Assembly (NCBI GenBank): GCA_041659445.1
Contig: JBAZYG010000002.1
Span: 180,001 to 212,000, forward strand
From: Candidatus Saccharimonadota bacterium
Lineage (GTDB): Archaea; Nanobdellota; Nanobdellia; Pacearchaeales; GW2011-AR1
Direction: 5' to 3'
DNA length: 32,000 nt
Shown here: in pieces, positions 29,118 through 32,000 of the stretch
Layout: every line of letters starts with the position of its first letter
Position numbering within the stretch: the stretch's first letter is position 1
The notes under the pieces: model-generated
What the model saw: only the letters and a program-made list of their open reading frames with translations
The model's database searches: none
What the model was told of the DNA's origin: nothing
Position numbers and translations under genes: made by a program

Positions 29118-30533
29118 ATGGAAACTTTTACTATTGTTGACTTATCATTATTAGTTGCTTTTGCAATTTTCGTTGGAATTTTTCTTTATATTAATCGTAG
29201 AAATCTTAAAAAAGACGGACTTTTCTTTTTGTATCGAACTAAATGGGGAATAAATTTAATAAATAAAACTGCAAAAAAATATCCCAAGACATTGAAAGTT
29301 CTTGCATGGATTTCTGTAATTGTCGGATATATTTTGATGATTTTGATGGTTTATCTTTTTATAAGAATTTTATGGATTTATCTTTTTCATGCAGATGTTG
29401 TTCGTGCAGTTAAATTACCTCCAGTTGCACCATTAATTCCTTATTTACCACAAATTTTCAAAGTGAGTTTTTTACCAAACTTTTATTTCATACATTGGAT
29501 AATTATTTTAGCAGTCATTGCAATATTTCATGAATTTTTTCACGGAATTTTTGCAGCGCTATACAAAGTGAAAATCAAGCAAACAGGTTTTGGTTTTTTT
29601 CCATTTTTCTTACCAATTCTTCCAGCAGCTTTTGTTGAATTAGACGAGAAAGTCATGCAAAAAAAGAAAAATTTCCAGCAAAGAGCAGTTTTATCTGCAG
29701 GAACTTTTGCAAATATTTTAACTGCGCTTTTGGGCTTGATTATAATTTTTGTTTTTTTTCATTTTTCATTTGCACCTTCAGGGGTAGTTTTTGATGACTA
29801 TGCTTATGATGTGATAAATGTTTCTTCAGTAACAGCTGTCAACGGAATTTCATTATTAAATCCAACTTATTCAGATATTTCTCCTTTAATTATAGATAAA
29901 GAAAAAAATTATGTTCAAGCAGGGAATTCTACTTATGCAGGAATAAAAGGTGTCACGTCAGATAAAAAACAATTAGCAGTTTATTTTGATTCACCTGCAA
30001 TTAATTCAGAAATTTTTGGAGCAATCATTAGTATTAATGGACAAGAAATTTCTAACTTAGAAGATTTTCAAAATGAATTATCTAAATATTCAGTTGGTGA
30101 AAAAATAATTCTTACAACAAAAACAGGTGATGAAATTAAAAATTATGAAATAAACCTTTCAGAAAATCCAGAAAATCCAGGAACATCTTGGTTAGGAATT
30201 AGTTTTTATGAAACAAATTCAAAAGGTGCAATGGCAAAAATTGTTGGATTTTTTTCATCATACAAAAAACCACATATTTATTATGAAGAGAAATACAATG
30301 GTGCTCAGTTTATTTATGATTTTTTATGGTGGTTGGTTTTAATTGCATTTAGTGTGGCTTTAGTTAACATGCTTCCTATGGGTGTTTTCGACGGTGGAAG
30401 GTTCTTTTATTTAACAGTTTTTGCAATAACTAAAAGAGAAAAAATTGCAATGAAGTCATTTAAAATTTTCACATACATTTTATTGTTCTTGTTAATTTTG
30501 ATTATGGTTTATTGGGCAAAAAGTTTTTTCTAA
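29118..30533 (+). CDS. Site-2 protease family (M50) membrane metalloprotease with a PDZ-like insert
   Basis: HEFFHG (HExxH) lies in a TM helix. The second motif is NMLPMGVFDGGRF (NxxPxxxxDG). The protein is polytopic. The central soluble segment (aa ~230-350) is PDZ-like. Confidence 0.85.
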   Translation: METFTIVDLSLLVAFAIFVGIFLYINRRNLKKDGLFFLYRTKWGINLINKTAKKYPKTLKVLAWISVIVGYILMILMVYLFIRILWIYLFHADVVRAVKLPPVAPLIPYLPQIFKVSFLPNFYFIHWIIILAVIAIFHEFFHGIFAALYKVKIKQTGFGFFPFFLPILPAAFVELDEKVMQKKKNFQQRAVLSAGTFANILTALLGLIIIFVFFHFSFAPSGVVFDDYAYDVINVSSVTAVNGISLLNPTYSDISPLIIDKEKNYVQAGNSTYAGIKGVTSDKKQLAVYFDSPAINSEIFGAIISINGQEISNLEDFQNELSKYSVGEKIILTTKTGDEIKNYEINLSENPENPGTSWLGISFYETNSKGAMAKIVGFFSSYKKPHIYYEEKYNGAQFIYDFLWWLVLIAFSVALVNMLPMGVFDGGRFFYLTVFAITKREKIAMKSFKIFTYILLFLLILIMVYWAKSFF

Positions 30534-30553
30534 TGTAGTTTATCACAATAATC

Positions 30554-30561
30554 TTTATATA
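30554..30561 (+). promoter_or_regulatory. TATA box (TTTATATA), 29 nt upstream of the ATG at 30583
   Basis: Exact spacing. Confidence 0.55.
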
Positions 30562-30582
30562 TCTCTTTTTCAATAAAAAAAT

Positions 30583-31155
30583 ATGAAATTTTTAGTAAGA
30601 GGAACTGGTGAAAAAAAAGGAAGTTTTCTTGAAGCTACATTAGAAGAAGAATATTATAAAATTCCTAGAACTCCCACAGATATTGAAGTTGACCCAAGAA
30701 AATTAATTCATTTTGGAACAGATTTAGTAGATATAAGGTCATCTATAGATATACAACAACATATTGAGAAAATGGAAGAATCAGGAGTTGACTATCTTTA
30801 CATTTCTGAAGGAGAAGATGTTGATTTTGCACAAGCAGGAAAAAGATTAGCAACCATAACTGCATATATAGATTCTCAAGAAATTAAAGATTATTATAAA
30901 AAAGATATTGGGAAAGAGTTAATAGATTGGAATTTAATAATAGAGATTGAAAAAGGAACATCTAAAAGAATGCGGGGACATACTGCAAGAATAAGAGATA
31001 CAATGATAAGCCGTAATTACACTATCTTTGATAACGAAAAAATTTTGGATTTTTATTTGTGCATAAAAAATGAAAACCGTTATTCTCGAAACTTTGGAAA
31101 AAAATCTTTTGATACACTTGAAAAATATCTTAAGAAAATAAATATGATTGATTAA
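30583..31155 (+). CDS. Hypothetical protein (190 aa)
   Basis: A TTTATATA box lies at -29. The C-terminal NFGKKSFDTLEKYLKK is weakly reminiscent of a helix-hairpin-helix. Confidence 0.5.
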   Translation: MKFLVRGTGEKKGSFLEATLEEEYYKIPRTPTDIEVDPRKLIHFGTDLVDIRSSIDIQQHIEKMEESGVDYLYISEGEDVDFAQAGKRLATITAYIDSQEIKDYYKKDIGKELIDWNLIIEIEKGTSKRMRGHTARIRDTMISRNYTIFDNEKILDFYLCIKNENRYSRNFGKKSFDTLEKYLKKINMID

Positions 31156-31202
31156 TAAACTATTTTCTTAAACAAAAGTTTATATTCTAAATTATAACAA
31201 TA

Positions 31203-31210
31203 TTTATAAA
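31203..31210 (+). promoter_or_regulatory. TATA box (TTTATAAA), 29 nt upstream of the ATG at 31232
   Basis: Exact octamer and spacing. Used to choose the start codon. Confidence 0.5.
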
Positions 31211-31231
31211 TGAAGATTTTATTTGTTTTTT

Positions 31232-31561
31232 ATGGTAGGATTAGTTGATATGATGAATATTCAAGCATTAAATCATGTTGAATCAATTTTGAAAGATTGT
31301 TCAACCAATGAATTATCTGAATTTCTTTTAGAAGTTAAGAAAAGATTTGAAAATAAAACTCTTGAAAGGCCAACAAAAGAGGGAATTTATCCCAATGAAT
31401 CTTCTTATTTTACAATGGGTTTAGCTTGTGTAAATATTTTAAAAAAAAGAGAAGGAAAATGGTTTGTTTATAATCTAACTGGAATAAAAAAACCAAAAAC
31501 CTTATCAGAAAAAATTAAGTTTAATTTAAAAGAAATTTATTATAGTTTGAGTTATAGCTAA
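31232..31561 (+). CDS. Hypothetical protein (about 109 aa)
   Basis: Start set at the ATG at 31232, exactly 29 nt from the TTTATAAA at 31203. The track used a TTG at 31223. Confidence 0.5.
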   Translation: MVGLVDMMNIQALNHVESILKDCSTNELSEFLLEVKKRFENKTLERPTKEGIYPNESSYFTMGLACVNILKKREGKWFVYNLTGIKKPKTLSEKIKFNLKEIYYSLSYS

Positions 31562-31562
31562 G

Positions 31563-31570
31563 TTTAAAAC
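31563..31570 (+). promoter_or_regulatory. TATA-like box (TTTAAAAC), 29 nt upstream of the taw1 ATG at 31592
   Basis: Exact spacing, but a weaker match to the octamer. Confidence 0.45.
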
Positions 31571-31591
31571 TTCTTTTTTCTCTTTAAATTT

Positions 31592-32000
31592 ATGATTCCA
31601 TCAAAAGTTCAAGAAATTTTGAAAAAAATGCATTATGAAATAGTTGGAAATCATTCTGCAGTTCAAGTTTGCCGATGGACAAAAAATTCACTTAATGGAA
31701 AAGGAGTTTGTTGGAAAGAAAAATTTTATGGAATTGAAAGTTCAAGATGTTGTCAAATGTCGCCTTCTGTAATGTGGTGTGAAAATGCATGTTTGCATTG
31801 TTGGAGACCTATAGAATATAATCTTGGAAAAAATATGAACAAAGTTAAAATAGATGAACCAAAAAAAATTTTAGACGAAATAATTAAAGCAAGAAAAAAA
31901 TTAATGATTGGTTATAAAGGAGATTTAAAAATTTCAAGAAAAAAAGTGAAAGAAGCATTTGAGCCAATACTTTTTACTTTGTCTTTATCAGGTGAAGCAA
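31592..32000 (+). CDS. taw1: tRNA 4-demethylwyosine synthase Taw1 (TYW1 homologue, radical SAM), N-terminal part; 3' end lies outside the window
   Basis: Not in the ORF track (no stop within the window). Translation: MIPSKVQEILKKMHYEIVGNHSAVQVCRWTKNSL...CWKEKFYGIESSRCCQMSPSVMWCENACLHCWRP...FTLSLSGEA. It has the radical-SAM CxxxCxxC motif plus upstream auxiliary-cluster Cys typical of TYW1/Taw1. Confidence 0.8.
   Translation, partial: MIPSKVQEILKKMHYEIVGNHSAVQVCRWTKNSLNGKGVCWKEKFYGIESSRCCQMSPSVMWCENACLHCWRPIEYNLGKNMNKVKIDEPKKILDEIIKARKKLMIGYKGDLKISRKKVKEAFEPILFTLSLSGEA

Noticed and set aside
31210-31248. Mini-ORF MKILFVFYGRIS* starting at the ATG at 31210, 29-31 nt after a TTTATATT box at 31179
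   Set aside because: It has only 12 codons and overlaps the second TATA box. It is more likely a fortuitous ATG between tandem promoter elements.
1-32000. CRISPR arrays, rRNA genes, transposases, integrases, or toxin-antitoxin and restriction-type defence genes
   Set aside because: I saw no spaced direct-repeat array, no rRNA-like GC-rich block longer than the tRNA, and no recombinase, nuclease or ATPase motif sets in any ORF.

Overview
This is a very AT-rich, tightly packed archaeal chromosome segment. I count 43 protein-coding genes (two cut by the window edges) and one tRNA. I see no rRNA, CRISPR array or recognisable mobile element. Housekeeping genes identified from conserved motifs are: a single-chain PriS-type primase, PCNA, SepF, prefoldin beta, RpoP, L37Ae, tRNA-Pro(UGG), L11, Spt5, SecE, FtsZ, an FKBP-type PPIase, aIF5A, L40e, an M50 site-2 protease and Taw1. 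RpoP, SecE, L40e and Taw1 are absent from the supplied ORF track. The gene content and compaction suggest a small-genome DPANN-type archaeon; this is inference only. The rest of the window is dominated by cell-surface genes. (1) A nine-gene co-directional locus (4495-13174) encodes only exported proteins. Six have class III (type IV pilin-like) N-termini, and two are very large cysteine-rich or multidomain proteins. No assembly ATPase, platform protein or prepilin peptidase is in view. This is my best candidate for an undescribed surface or host-contact apparatus. (2) An S-layer-like gene (13914-16313) has distinct codon usage. It sits behind the longest intergenic region in the window (389 nt), which contains a palindrome and competing hairpins and is shared with a divergent wHTH regulator. 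(3) A minus-strand block (17724-20985) joins a secreted repeat protein with a sortase-type C-terminal anchor, three tightly coupled unknown small proteins, and a short archaeosortase/exosortase-like membrane protein. Two signals recur across the window. A TTTATAAA-like box lies exactly 29 nt upstream of many start codons, which implies leaderless mRNAs. A stop-1nt-start junction, TAAAATG, occurs eight times. All functional calls come from reading motifs by eye; no database search was run.
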